The notes under the pieces: generated by a model
Database searches by the model: none
What the model was told of the DNA's origin: nothing
The model's input: only the letters and a program-made list of their open reading frames with translations
Shown: positions 22,770 to 31,542 of the stretch, one piece after another
Position numbering within the stretch: position 1 is the first letter of the stretch
Layout: each line of letters starts with the position of its first letter
Assembly: GCA_963812155.1 (NCBI GenBank)
Contig: CAWETW010000001.1
Span: forward strand, 736,001-800,000
Reading direction: 5' to 3'
Length of the DNA stretch: 64,000 nt
From: Vulcanimicrobiota bacterium
GTDB taxonomy: Bacteria; Vulcanimicrobiota; Vulcanimicrobiia; Vulcanimicrobiales; Vulcanimicrobiaceae
Position numbers and translations under genes: made by a program

Positions 22770-22846
22770 TTTGGGCAACGGTGCCGCGATGTGGGTTGGA
22801 TCGATGCCGCAGTATTCGCGCGAGGTATTGGCTACTCGACGTGCTA

Positions 22847-23852
22847 TCAGAGCGACTCGGGAGGATCGACGGCGACGCCGACGGGAGACCCGCCTGACGT
22901 TGTTACGTTGCCAACATGCGTGCAGGCCTGCCCGTTACCGCCGCCCGCCGGGTACTTGAATTCCTTTACAACGCCGAGATTCGCCTCGGCCACGAATACG
23001 CGGGTCTCTTTGCGATTGAGATCCATGCCGACGGGACGCCCCGCAACGGTGCATTTCCCTGACGGGGTCCCAAATGAGGGCGGCGCGTACGTGAGTACGC
23101 TTCCGAGTTGGTCGTCGATCAGAACGACGTGCTCACCACCCACGGATCGCACGCCACCGGGAAAACCAAATACCGCGCCGGTGTTCGTGAATGACGTACA
23201 GACGCCGGCGACGCACTTACCCACCCACAGCCCGGGAGTGCCATCACTGTAGTAGAGGGTACCATCTTTTTGGATCGTCAAAGAGTAAATCGGTTGAGCG
23301 TTCGCGTTCTGATAGTTCGCGACCAACGCACCAGACGATTTTTTCCACACCGAGATCGACCCAGATGAGCAGAAGTGTGCTAAAAGGTTCGAAGCAATGA
23401 CGTATCCATCGTCGGAGACCGTGACGTCACCAGGCACTTCGTCACCGCATTTCGCGTCGACGTAGGTCTTGAACGGGCTCGTGCCGCCCCGATGATACGC
23501 CTCGACGTTGGGCGACGGCGGTCCCTTGGTCGCGTAAAGGTTGCCTGATGAGACCATCAGACCTCCCGCGCTATTGAATCCTGTCAGAATCCCACATGGC
23601 GCCTGACCGGCAAGATTACCGGCAAAAATGTTCACCGTACCATCGGCTTGATCGGAGACATAGACCAGTAGTCCCGTCGCCGGACACGTGTTGAACCCCA
23701 CGCCGTGATAGCCGGTGCGAAAAATAATTCCCTCGCGTGCGGCTCTGGGCCGCGAACGGCACTGGCGCTTGTGTCGGGCCGCTGGAACAACCCGCCCCGA
23801 AAGCTACCGCCGCTGTGGCAAACGCGATCTGGATCGCCTTGAGAGAACGCAT
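22847..23852 (-). CDS. Beta-propeller lipoprotein; +1 frameshift between ~23710 and 23770
   Basis: AAGGAG RBS; signal peptide MRSLK...GAGC lies in one frame and the body (LLVYVSDQ...) in the next. Confidence 0.7.
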
Positions 23853-24113
23853 CGCGAGTCTCCTTCCGAAGCGCGTCGGCGGCATCATTTCTCAAAACGC
23901 AAACTGCGAACCTTGTTTTATGACGGAGCGAAACGGATACGCAGCGCTGAGCATAGATCTGCCGTCATAAAAAGGCCGCAGATCGCGCGCCTTATCTTCG
24001 CACAACGAAGCGCGGCCTAGGCTCGTTCCACGAGCGGGGCTTAGTTCCATCGCGGCGCTACGGCTCGGGCAGCGGCTCAGCTGGCAGTCAATTCGCAATG
24101 CGTTTCCGTTTAT

Positions 24114-25076
24114 TTATCTCTCTTCGTGACTGAGCGCCATACCTTGAGAGTAGTCCAATCCGGATTCGATCTTCACCCGAAATTCGCCCAGAGGATAGGG
24201 GCTGATGTAGACGTTATGGTCGGCGTAATCGGAGTAATAGATGTTTCGTTGGTTTCCACCAAGAACGATTTGCGTAGCGCAACAGCCGGTGTTCACGACT
24301 TGGGACGGATGGTTCTTTCCAGGCGGATACACGTCGACGGTCCCGTTGCCGCTCTCGACGATGATAATGTTTCCGGAGCGATCGATCTGCAAGCCTTGCG
24401 GCGACGAGACGTGCATACCTAAGATCCGGCCGTTCGTCGAGTGCGGAGCAAACTCTTCGATGCTATCTACCGACCGGCCGCGATAGGCTACATACAGATT
24501 CGATGCCTGGTCGAAGTTTATACCGTCAGCTTCGTGACCCGGGGTCTTTATCGTAACATCCGGCGTCGTTTGCTGCCGCGGATATTCGGTGACGGTCCCG
24601 TTGCGGTTCGCAGCGTACACCCTGCCCGAATGATCGGTTACGACGTACAACGGACTGGCCGTGTCGGTGTAGGTAATCCAAGGATGTATCGTGCCCGGCC
24701 GATACGCCGTTATCGTAGTAGTGTTCGCGACGTACAGACCGCCTTTCGCATCCGCAAAGAGCCCGTATGCACCAGCAACACCGTCGGTAATTGCTCCGAC
24801 AGGTTTGGCATCTTTCTCTCGGAAGATTGCGACTTGGTTGCCGCCGGCAACATAGACGAGCGCTCCTGTTGCGTTTTTCGCGTCCAGCCAACCGCGCGGC
24901 TTTGCCCCGCGACTGGGACGCTCTAGCAGAGTGGGCGATGGCCTCGGAACGACGCTTGAACTGAGTAGCGACGATTGAGAGTCGGATGAGCCTATCGGTG
25001 TCGAGACGGTCGAAGTGCAAGCGGTCGATGCAAGCATCCCGGCTCCCATCGCAAGCAAAGCGAGTATTCTGCGCAT
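24114..25076 (-). CDS. NHL-like beta-propeller lipoprotein
   Basis: GGAGG RBS; STAC lipobox; GLFADAKGGLYVAN, GINFDQASNLYV, GLQIDRSGNII. Confidence 0.75.
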   Translation of the reverse strand: MRRILALLAMGAGMLASTACTSTVSTPIGSSDSQSSLLSSSVVPRPSPTLLERPSRGAKPRGWLDAKNATGALVYVAGGNQVAIFREKDAKPVGAITDGVAGAYGLFADAKGGLYVANTTTITAYRPGTIHPWITYTDTASPLYVVTDHSGRVYAANRNGTVTEYPRQQTTPDVTIKTPGHEADGINFDQASNLYVAYRGRSVDSIEEFAPHSTNGRILGMHVSSPQGLQIDRSGNIIIVESGNGTVDVYPPGKNHPSQVVNTGCCATQIVLGGNQRNIYYSDYADHNVYISPYPLGEFRVKIESGLDYSQGMALSHEER

Positions 25077-25214
25077 AAAATCCCCCTCCAATCGCAAGGA
25101 GCAGCCAAAAGCGCTTAGGCGTCTTGCAAGGCCGTTCCTACGATGGAACTCGGGGAATGTCACCGAACGTGTAGCTCGTGGTCTCGAACGCCGTTCACGC
25201 TTTATTTTTCTAAG

Positions 25215-25232
25215 GATCTAAGAATGAAGACT
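25215..25232 (+). repeat. 18-bp direct repeat, copy 1 (GATCTAAGAATGAAGACT), containing the ATG of the following gene
   Basis: Identical to 26280-26297. Confidence 0.9.
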
Positions 25233-26279
25233 CTAAACACCTTTGTTGCTGCGTTACTGACCGCGGCGCTCTTGGCCGCATGCAGCGGTCGCGGCGTTTT
25301 GATGCCGACCGGTACATCGGCGATACCTTCGAATCGCCAGGCTGCCATCGCGACAAATAGCGGTGGCAGCACGGCATTGTATGTTTCAGGAAGCGGTGGC
25401 ACCGCGATCTTCGCAGCCGGCGGAGCTAAGTACCTTCGAAAGATTAGACCCAAGAGTGGTGCGGTAGCGACGGATCGCCAAGGCCATCTCTATGTTGCCG
25501 GCGAGACAGCGGCCGCGGTAGATGTCTATGAAAATCGCGGAGCTAAGCTCGCCTGGACGGTTCATGCGAAGCCCTATTATCCACGCCTGCTCGTGCTTGA
25601 TGACTCGGGCGATCTCTACTTACACTGCGGAGATCGTAACCTGTGCGAATATGGTCCGCGCAACAAGGGACTCGTTCGGCAATTTCGTGGATACGGTACT
25701 CTATTTGCGCTAGACACCGGAGGCAATCTCTACCTTGCAACAGGATTTAACTCCGTTGCCGTTTATGCACCGGGAAGTACCTCGCCCGAGCGGACTATCA
25801 CAAGCGGCATCGCAGGCCCCGAGGCGCTCGCCTTGGACTTACAAGGGAACCTCTACGTCGCAAATGCATATGTCGGTTCACAACCATCCCAGAACGTCAC
25901 AGTGTACGCTCCTGGTGGAAGTTCACCAATACGGACAATTACTGCCGGCCTTACGATACCGTACGCTATGACTACGGATAGCGCGGGAAATCTCTACGTA
26001 CTAAACTCGTGCGTGAATCGCGGTGGCTGTACAAACGATCAAGATAGTGTTGCTGTGTATAGTCCCGGTACCAATACGCCTCTGCATGTCGTTAGCCAGG
26101 GTCTCGACTTTCCCGTAACACTTGCTGTCGACGGGTCAAGCAATCTCTACGTTGCAAATAATGGCAATTACCCAACCGACCGTGGCAGCGTTACCGTGTA
26201 TGGCTCCGGAAGCTATTCACTCATTCGCACGGTTACGCATGGCATCGAATATCCAGCTTTCCTCGCGCTCGGCTCCTAA
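25224..26279 (+). CDS. NHL-repeat beta-propeller lipoprotein
   Basis: Lipobox LAAC; repeated ALD..GNLYVAN...V.VYAPG units. Confidence 0.85.
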   Translation: MKTLNTFVAALLTAALLAACSGRGVLMPTGTSAIPSNRQAAIATNSGGSTALYVSGSGGTAIFAAGGAKYLRKIRPKSGAVATDRQGHLYVAGETAAAVDVYENRGAKLAWTVHAKPYYPRLLVLDDSGDLYLHCGDRNLCEYGPRNKGLVRQFRGYGTLFALDTGGNLYLATGFNSVAVYAPGSTSPERTITSGIAGPEALALDLQGNLYVANAYVGSQPSQNVTVYAPGGSSPIRTITAGLTIPYAMTTDSAGNLYVLNSCVNRGGCTNDQDSVAVYSPGTNTPLHVVSQGLDFPVTLAVDGSSNLYVANNGNYPTDRGSVTVYGSGSYSLIRTVTHGIEYPAFLALGS

Positions 26280-26297
26280 GATCTAAGAATGAAGACT
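26280..26297 (+). repeat. 18-bp direct repeat, copy 2, immediately after the stop codon
   Basis: Identical to 25215-25232. Confidence 0.9.
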
Positions 26298-26442
26298 TAC
26301 TTCCTATGAAGCGCCAGTTCATCTTAGAGCCCGAATGGCGCTCGGTTCCATCGCGGCGCCAAGCTTGCGCTGCCTCCGAGCCACGGCCCCCGGGCAGTCC
26401 AGACGGACTTAGGCGAATCACACTCGGAGGCTTGGCAGCGGC

Positions 26443-26476
26443 TGTCGAACGTCCTGGCACGTTATCTTCTTCGGAG
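26443..26476 (+). repeat. 34-bp imperfect direct repeat, copy 1 (contains AACGT-N6-ACGTT and the RBS)
   Basis: 30/34 identical to 27486-27519. Confidence 0.85.
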
Positions 26477-26484
26477 GCCAACAA

Positions 26485-27456
26485 TTGACGACTCTATTTC
26501 GCCTCGTGGCAGCGTCACTTAGTGCGGCGCTCTTGGCCGCGTGCGGAAACCTAGCTTTCACATCGCCCCCGTTCAGTGGGCTGCCGTCGCATCGTGAGGC
26601 TCCAAAGTCGACGGGATTGCGGGCGAGTCGTTCTTGGATGGATTTCCGAGCCCAAAGTGGCGATCTGTTGTACGTGGCGGATCAAGCTTACGCCGTAGTC
26701 TATGTCTACTCGTATCCGCACGCCAGGTTGGTCGGAGAGCTTACTGGGTTTGCCGATCCAACAGGCGCGTGCGTTGACGCAAAAGGCGACGTCTTTATTG
26801 CCAACTACAATGCCTCAGACATCATTGAGTACGCACACGGGGGCACGAAGCCGAAGGCAGTCCTGAGCGACTCAGGGCATCCGTACGGCTGCTCTGTAAA
26901 TGGACTGAATGGGGATCTTGCAGTCAGTAATTGGACACAGAAAGGTTCGCAATCTGGCGAAATCGCCGTATACACGGCTGCAAAGGGAAAGCCGAAGCTT
27001 TTAGCCGACCCGAATTTCAATTACGTGCTCTTTGATAGTTACGACAAGTTGGGAAATCTATTCGTGGATTCAATCTCCCATGATGGTGTGTTTTTGTACT
27101 CAGAGCTTCCTAAAGGCTCATCGAAGTTCAAAGATATTTCCCTCGACAAGCACGTAAACTATCCCGGCGGAGTGCAATGGGATGGTATCCATATGGCGAT
27201 TGAAAACGTTGGTCCATCTGAGAACGACATTTATAGGTCAACGGGAGGCAAAGTAATCGGAACCACGCATCTTGACGGATCGTGCGACGCCTTGGATTTT
27301 TTCATCGAAGGTGGCATTACGATTGTTTCAGACCCAAGTTGTAACAAGATTCGCCTATATCACTATCCGAGCGGAGGACACGCGATAACAACAATTACGC
27401 TGCCTTCGCAAAGCGCTCCAATTGGCGTCGTAGTTAGTCCCACCGCCACTCCCTAG
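26485..27456 (+). CDS. Beta-propeller lipoprotein (SWM-type, paralog of 6663-7697)
   Basis: TTG start after GGAGG; lipobox LAAC; SWM...DLLYVAD, GACVDAKGDVFI, EYAHGGT, PGGVQWDG. Confidence 0.8.
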   Translation: MTTLFRLVAASLSAALLAACGNLAFTSPPFSGLPSHREAPKSTGLRASRSWMDFRAQSGDLLYVADQAYAVVYVYSYPHARLVGELTGFADPTGACVDAKGDVFIANYNASDIIEYAHGGTKPKAVLSDSGHPYGCSVNGLNGDLAVSNWTQKGSQSGEIAVYTAAKGKPKLLADPNFNYVLFDSYDKLGNLFVDSISHDGVFLYSELPKGSSKFKDISLDKHVNYPGGVQWDGIHMAIENVGPSENDIYRSTGGKVIGTTHLDGSCDALDFFIEGGITIVSDPSCNKIRLYHYPSGGHAITTITLPSQSAPIGVVVSPTATP

Positions 27457-27485
27457 TCGCTAGCACTCGGCGCCCGTCCGGTGAA

Positions 27486-27519
27486 TGTCGAACGCCCTGG
27501 CACGTTATTTTCTCCGGGG
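27486..27519 (+). repeat. 34-bp imperfect direct repeat, copy 2
   Basis: 30/34 identical to 26443-26476. Confidence 0.85.
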
Positions 27520-27629
27520 ATATGAGAATGAGCGGCTGGAAGATGATTGACGCCGGGCGGCCCGACGAGGTAAATAGCGTTCTGGCTACTCGTTGCCGCA
27601 CCGGAACTGAGTCTGCGGCGTAGAACACG

Positions 27630-27746
27630 GCCAGGCGGCGTACGAAAGCGCGAAAGTCCAACTTGCGAGTCAGCAATGGAAACGATAGCAATGACTATGC
27701 AGCGGTAAAAAGCAAAGTCATAGCCGAGATATTGGAACGCCATTAA
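27630..27746 (+). pseudogene. Possible C-terminal remnant of a GrpB-family gene
   Basis: AAYESAKVQLASQQW / NDSNDYAAVKSKVIAEILERH* across one frameshift resembles the GrpB C-terminal YxxxKxxLA...YxxxKxxxI pattern. Confidence 0.4.
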
Positions 27747-27895
27747 GCGAATGCTACGCCAGGCAATGCATGGTGACACCCTCTGCATCGAGGCGCATGG
27801 GCTAGGCGCCGAGGCGTAGCGCTCGCAATTGCAATGGCGCTACGATTGCGGCGGCCCCCACCGTTGCGGAGGGTCTCCATTCGCCGGTTCAGCCC

Positions 27896-27924
27896 TTGAC
27901 GCTGGACCCCGTGCGTGCTATGGT
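27896..27924 (+). promoter_or_regulatory. Sigma70-type promoter of the met leader and operon
   Basis: TTGACG-N17-TATGGT with an extended TG; the leader ATG lies 7 nt downstream. Confidence 0.75.
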
Positions 27925-27931
27925 TTCGGCC

Positions 27932-28018
27932 ATGTCCCGGAAGCCAGTTTGTATGTTTCGTCCCATGTGCCGAATGCAGATGCATTTGGTGAGGGTCGGC
28001 ATGGAGCACGCTACGTAG
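27932..28018 (+). CDS. Met-rich leader peptide MSRKPVCMFRPMCRMQMHLVRVGMEHAT (putative attenuator leader)
   Basis: 28-codon ORF with 6 Met and 2 Cys, located between a promoter and a terminator upstream of the Met biosynthesis genes. Confidence 0.8.
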   Translation: MSRKPVCMFRPMCRMQMHLVRVGMEHAT

Positions 28019-28044
28019 TTTCCAAAATCGTTTCTTGCTTTACG

Positions 28045-28081
28045 CGCCCCTCGTCGAATGACGTAAGGGGCGTTTTTATTT
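28045..28081 (+). terminator. Intrinsic terminator (attenuator) upstream of hom
   Basis: CGCCCCT-CGTC-gaat-GACG-ta-AGGGGCG followed by TTTTTATTT. Confidence 0.85.
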
Positions 28082-28115
28082 CGTCGCTTTCCCATCTCAC
28101 CAGGAGGCTCGAAAC

Positions 28116-29246
28116 ATGAACGTGACCGTCGGAATCGGATTGCTCGGTTGCGGCACCGTCGGCTCGGAGGTCGCCGATCGTTTGGAGCGCGAGCGCGACG
28201 CGATCGAGCGCGCCGCCGGCGTGCGCTACGAACTCTGCGGCGTCGCGATTCGCGATGCGGCCAAAGACCGCCCGGATTCACTCGAGCGCCGCTTATTCAC
28301 GCGCGACGCGGTCGCGCTGGTCGACGATGCACGGGTGGATCTGGTCGTCGAACTCATCGGCGGCTCGACCGAGGCGGCCGGTTTGGTCGAGCGGGCGCTG
28401 GATCGCGGACGGCACGTCGTCACGGCAAACAAAGACGTCATCGGCACGCAAGGGCCGCGCTTGCGCGCGCTGGCGGCAACGCGCGCGGTCGCATTACGTT
28501 TCGATGCGGCGGTGGCCGGAGCAATTCCGCTGCTGCGGACGATCGGCGAAGCCCTAGCGGGCGACGAAGTGCGAGCGGTTGCAGGCATTCTCAACGGCAC
28601 GTGCGGTTTTATCCTCGAGGCGATGGAACGCGGTGCGTCGTTCGAAGAGGCGCTGGCGTGCGCGCGCGATTTAGGCTACGCGGAATCGGACGCGTCGAAC
28701 GACGTCGAAGGCACCGACGCCGCGCACAAACTCGCGGCGATCGCGCAACTTGCGTTCGGCGTCGCCGTCATTTCGCCGCGCATTCGGCGGCGCGGCATTC
28801 TCGGTGTTTCGGCACGCGATATCGAAGCGGCCGCAGCGAGCGGCATGCGGTTGCGTCTGCTCGCCGCGACGGCGCGCACGGACCGCGGCATCGCGGCGGA
28901 AGTTGCGGTCGCCCTCGTTCCGCGCGAGCACGAGTTTGCGCGCACGGAAGGTGCCGAGAACGTCGCGCACGTCGTCGCGCGCGATGCGGGGCGGCTCTCG
29001 CTGCGCGGCAGCGGCGCGGGTGGGCGCGCCACCGCATCGGCCGTGCTGGGCGACGTGGTCGCGGTGCTGCGCGAACTCGGCGAACGCCGCGATTTCTCGG
29101 CACGGCAACGCTTCCCGGCGCTCGAGCCCGCGCTCGACGTCGCGCCGTTCTTCGAACGGCACCGGCGGCTCGACGCGTTGCCCGATTTTCCGGTGTGGGA
29201 CGACGAGGCGATCGCCGGCGCGCTGCGGCCGGAAGCGTGCGCGTGA
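28116..29246 (+). CDS. hom: Homoserine dehydrogenase
   Basis: IGLLGCGTVG, HVVTANK, GILNGTC, LGYAESD...DVEGTDAAHKL, GSGAGGRATASAV; AGGAGG RBS. Confidence 0.93.
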   Translation: MNVTVGIGLLGCGTVGSEVADRLERERDAIERAAGVRYELCGVAIRDAAKDRPDSLERRLFTRDAVALVDDARVDLVVELIGGSTEAAGLVERALDRGRHVVTANKDVIGTQGPRLRALAATRAVALRFDAAVAGAIPLLRTIGEALAGDEVRAVAGILNGTCGFILEAMERGASFEEALACARDLGYAESDASNDVEGTDAAHKLAAIAQLAFGVAVISPRIRRRGILGVSARDIEAAAASGMRLRLLAATARTDRGIAAEVAVALVPREHEFARTEGAENVAHVVARDAGRLSLRGSGAGGRATASAVLGDVVAVLRELGERRDFSARQRFPALEPALDVAPFFERHRRLDALPDFPVWDDEAIAGALRPEACA

Positions 29247-30244
29247 TGCGCGAGGAAACGATCGGCATCGGCCCGTTCACGCTCGACAGCGGCGACGTTC
29301 TTGCCGCGGTCGAACAGCGCGTGACGATTTACGGCACGCCGAACGCCGAACGTTCCAACCTCGTGCTCGTCACGCACGCGCTCACGGGTTCGAGCCGCGC
29401 CGCAGAGTGGTGGCCGGGCATCGTGGGCGACGGCGGCCTCTTCGACCCGCGGCACTGGTGCGTCATCGGCATCAACGCGCTGGGAAGTTGCTACGGTTCG
29501 ACCGGCCCTGCGTCGCCGGCGCCCGGCGATCTTCCGTACGGCGCTGCGTTTCCGCGCGCCGGCGTGGGCGACTTCGTGCGCGCGCAAATGCGGGCGCTCG
29601 ATCGCCTCGGATTCGAGGATCTTGCGTTCGTTATCGGTGGTTCGCTCGGCGGAATGCAGGCATTGCAGTGGGCGCTCGCGGCGCCGCAACGCGTTCGCCA
29701 TGCCATCATCGTCGGAGCGCACGACGGTTTGCATGCGATGAGCCTCGCACTCTGCGCGCTGCAGCGCGAGGCGCTGTTGCTCGACCCCGCCGGCGGGTTG
29801 CGGCTGGCGCGCAAGATTGCGATGCTGACGTACAAAAGCGCCCCGCTGCTCGACGCGCGCCACGGCCGGCGCGCGGATCGACGGCAGTCCGATCGCTTCG
29901 ATGTCGAGGGCTATCTCGACGTGCAAGCCGATCGGCTGGCGGCGCGGATGGACGCTCGAAGTTACGACGTGCTCACGCAGGCGATGATGACGTTCGACGT
30001 ACGCGACGTCCACACGAACGGCTTCACGGGCCGCCGGCCGGCGCTGACGTTCGTCGGCATCGGGTCGGATTGGCTCTTTCCCGCGGACGAAGTGCGCGAA
30101 GCGGCGGAACGATTTGCCGCGCGCGGGTTCGACGCACGCTACCTGTATCTCGAGTCTCAGCACGGCCACGATGCATTCTTGGCCGACGCGGCGGCACTAC
30201 GCGCACTGCTCGAACCGGTCATCGCGGAGTGCGGCGTATGCTGA
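29246..30244 (+). CDS. metX: Homoserine O-acyltransferase (MetX family)
   Basis: HALTGS, NALGSCYGSTGP, IGGSLGGMQ, SDWLFP, HGHDAFL; TGATG overlap with hom. Confidence 0.9.
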   Translation: MREETIGIGPFTLDSGDVLAAVEQRVTIYGTPNAERSNLVLVTHALTGSSRAAEWWPGIVGDGGLFDPRHWCVIGINALGSCYGSTGPASPAPGDLPYGAAFPRAGVGDFVRAQMRALDRLGFEDLAFVIGGSLGGMQALQWALAAPQRVRHAIIVGAHDGLHAMSLALCALQREALLLDPAGGLRLARKIAMLTYKSAPLLDARHGRRADRRQSDRFDVEGYLDVQADRLAARMDARSYDVLTQAMMTFDVRDVHTNGFTGRRPALTFVGIGSDWLFPADEVREAAERFAARGFDARYLYLESQHGHDAFLADAAALRALLEPVIAECGVC

Positions 30245-31416
30245 CCGCTGCCAAGCCTGCGACGGCGCGCCGGGGATTTTCTACGCGCGCGATTTGGAGC
30301 GGCCAGGAACCGTGCGCGGCAACCGGCGCGACGATCATCCCCGTCTATCAAACGGCGACGTTCACGCTTCCGGAAGTCGGCGTTTCCAAGGGATTCGACT
30401 ACTCGCGTTCGGGAAATCCGACGCGCTTAGCGCTGGAACGGCAGATTACGTCGCTGGAAGAAGGCGCGTGCGCGAGCGCGTTTGGTTCGGGAATGGCGGC
30501 AGTTGCGGGCGCGTTGTCGCTGTTGCGTTGCGGCGACCATCTCCTCGCGGCGCGCGACATCTACGGTGGAACGCACCGGCTCTTCACGCAAGTGCTGCCC
30601 GCGTACGGGATCGACGTCACGTTCGTCGACACGACCGACGTTGACGCAACGTGGGCGCGAGCGGGGCCGAACACGCGGATGCTGTGGCTGGAAACGCCGA
30701 GCAATCCGGCACTGAGCCTCTCCGACATTGCGGCGTTCGCGCGCACGAAACCACGCCGCGTGCTGGTTGCGGTCGACAACACGTTTGCGTCGCCGTTTCT
30801 GCAGCGTCCGCTGGTGCTCGGCGCCGATCTCGTGGTGCATTCGACGACGAAATACATCTGCGGGCACAGCGACGTTGTCGGCGGCGCTGTGGTTGCAGCC
30901 GACGATGCGGTCGGCGAGCGGATTGCGTTCCATCAAAATGCGGTCGGCGCCGTGCCCGGCCCGTGGGACGCGTACCTCACGCTGCGCGGGGTAAAAACGC
31001 TAGCGCTGCGGATGCTCGTGCACTCGCGCAACGCGCAGCGCATCGCGGAGTTTCTTTCCGCGCGCAACGACGTCGCGGAGGTTCGGTATCCCGGATTGCC
31101 GGAGCACCCGCAGCACGATCTCGCGCGGCGGCAGATGGAGGGCTTCGGCGGCATCGTGACGTTTCGTCCCGCCGGCGGAACGCGGCGCGCGCGCGCCGTC
31201 GCACAAGCGACGTCGGTATTTACGCTCGCCGTGTCGCTCGGCGGCGTCGAGTCGCTGGTGTGCAGCCCGGCAGTGATGACGCACGCATCGCTCACGCCGC
31301 ACGAGCGCGAGCAACTCGGCATTACCGAGGATTTGCTGCGGCTCTCAGTGGGCATCGAAGACTCCGACGATCTCATCGCGGATTTGTCGGCGGCGCTCGA
31401 CGCGGCCGATTGCTAG
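30238..31416 (+). CDS. metB: Cystathionine gamma-synthase/lyase (PLP-dependent transsulfuration enzyme)
   Basis: YSRSGNPT, FGSGMAA, LETPSNP, VDNTFASP, HSTTKY.GHSD, SLGGVESL, RLSVGIE; metB preferred from operon context. Confidence 0.85.
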   Translation: MLTAAKPATARRGFSTRAIWSGQEPCAATGATIIPVYQTATFTLPEVGVSKGFDYSRSGNPTRLALERQITSLEEGACASAFGSGMAAVAGALSLLRCGDHLLAARDIYGGTHRLFTQVLPAYGIDVTFVDTTDVDATWARAGPNTRMLWLETPSNPALSLSDIAAFARTKPRRVLVAVDNTFASPFLQRPLVLGADLVVHSTTKYICGHSDVVGGAVVAADDAVGERIAFHQNAVGAVPGPWDAYLTLRGVKTLALRMLVHSRNAQRIAEFLSARNDVAEVRYPGLPEHPQHDLARRQMEGFGGIVTFRPAGGTRRARAVAQATSVFTLAVSLGGVESLVCSPAVMTHASLTPHEREQLGITEDLLRLSVGIEDSDDLIADLSAALDAADC

Positions 31417-31542
31417 CTTGCTCCAGTGCACGAAAACAGCGTGCCGCCAGCGGCGTAGTCCAGGCATTGCGAGCGCCAGCACCGTAGTAGGGGGAGCAAC
31501 CCGGGTGATGTTGCGCTCCTACTTCTCCTGAGGAGTGCTGTT

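Noticed and set aside
22847..27456. Classical integron cassette array
   Set aside because: Genes lie in both orientations, no canonical attC boxes, no integrase in the window
27925..28115. SAM-I riboswitch or T-box upstream of the met operon
   Set aside because: No ATCxAGAG...GCAACC...GTGC core or T-box AAGGTGGxACC motif seen; a leader peptide explains the region better
28148..31416. Long ORF-track entries (698 aa, 888 aa) suggesting fusion proteins
   Set aside because: Upstream extensions are off-frame read-through of GC-rich DNA; the real starts are 29246 and 30238
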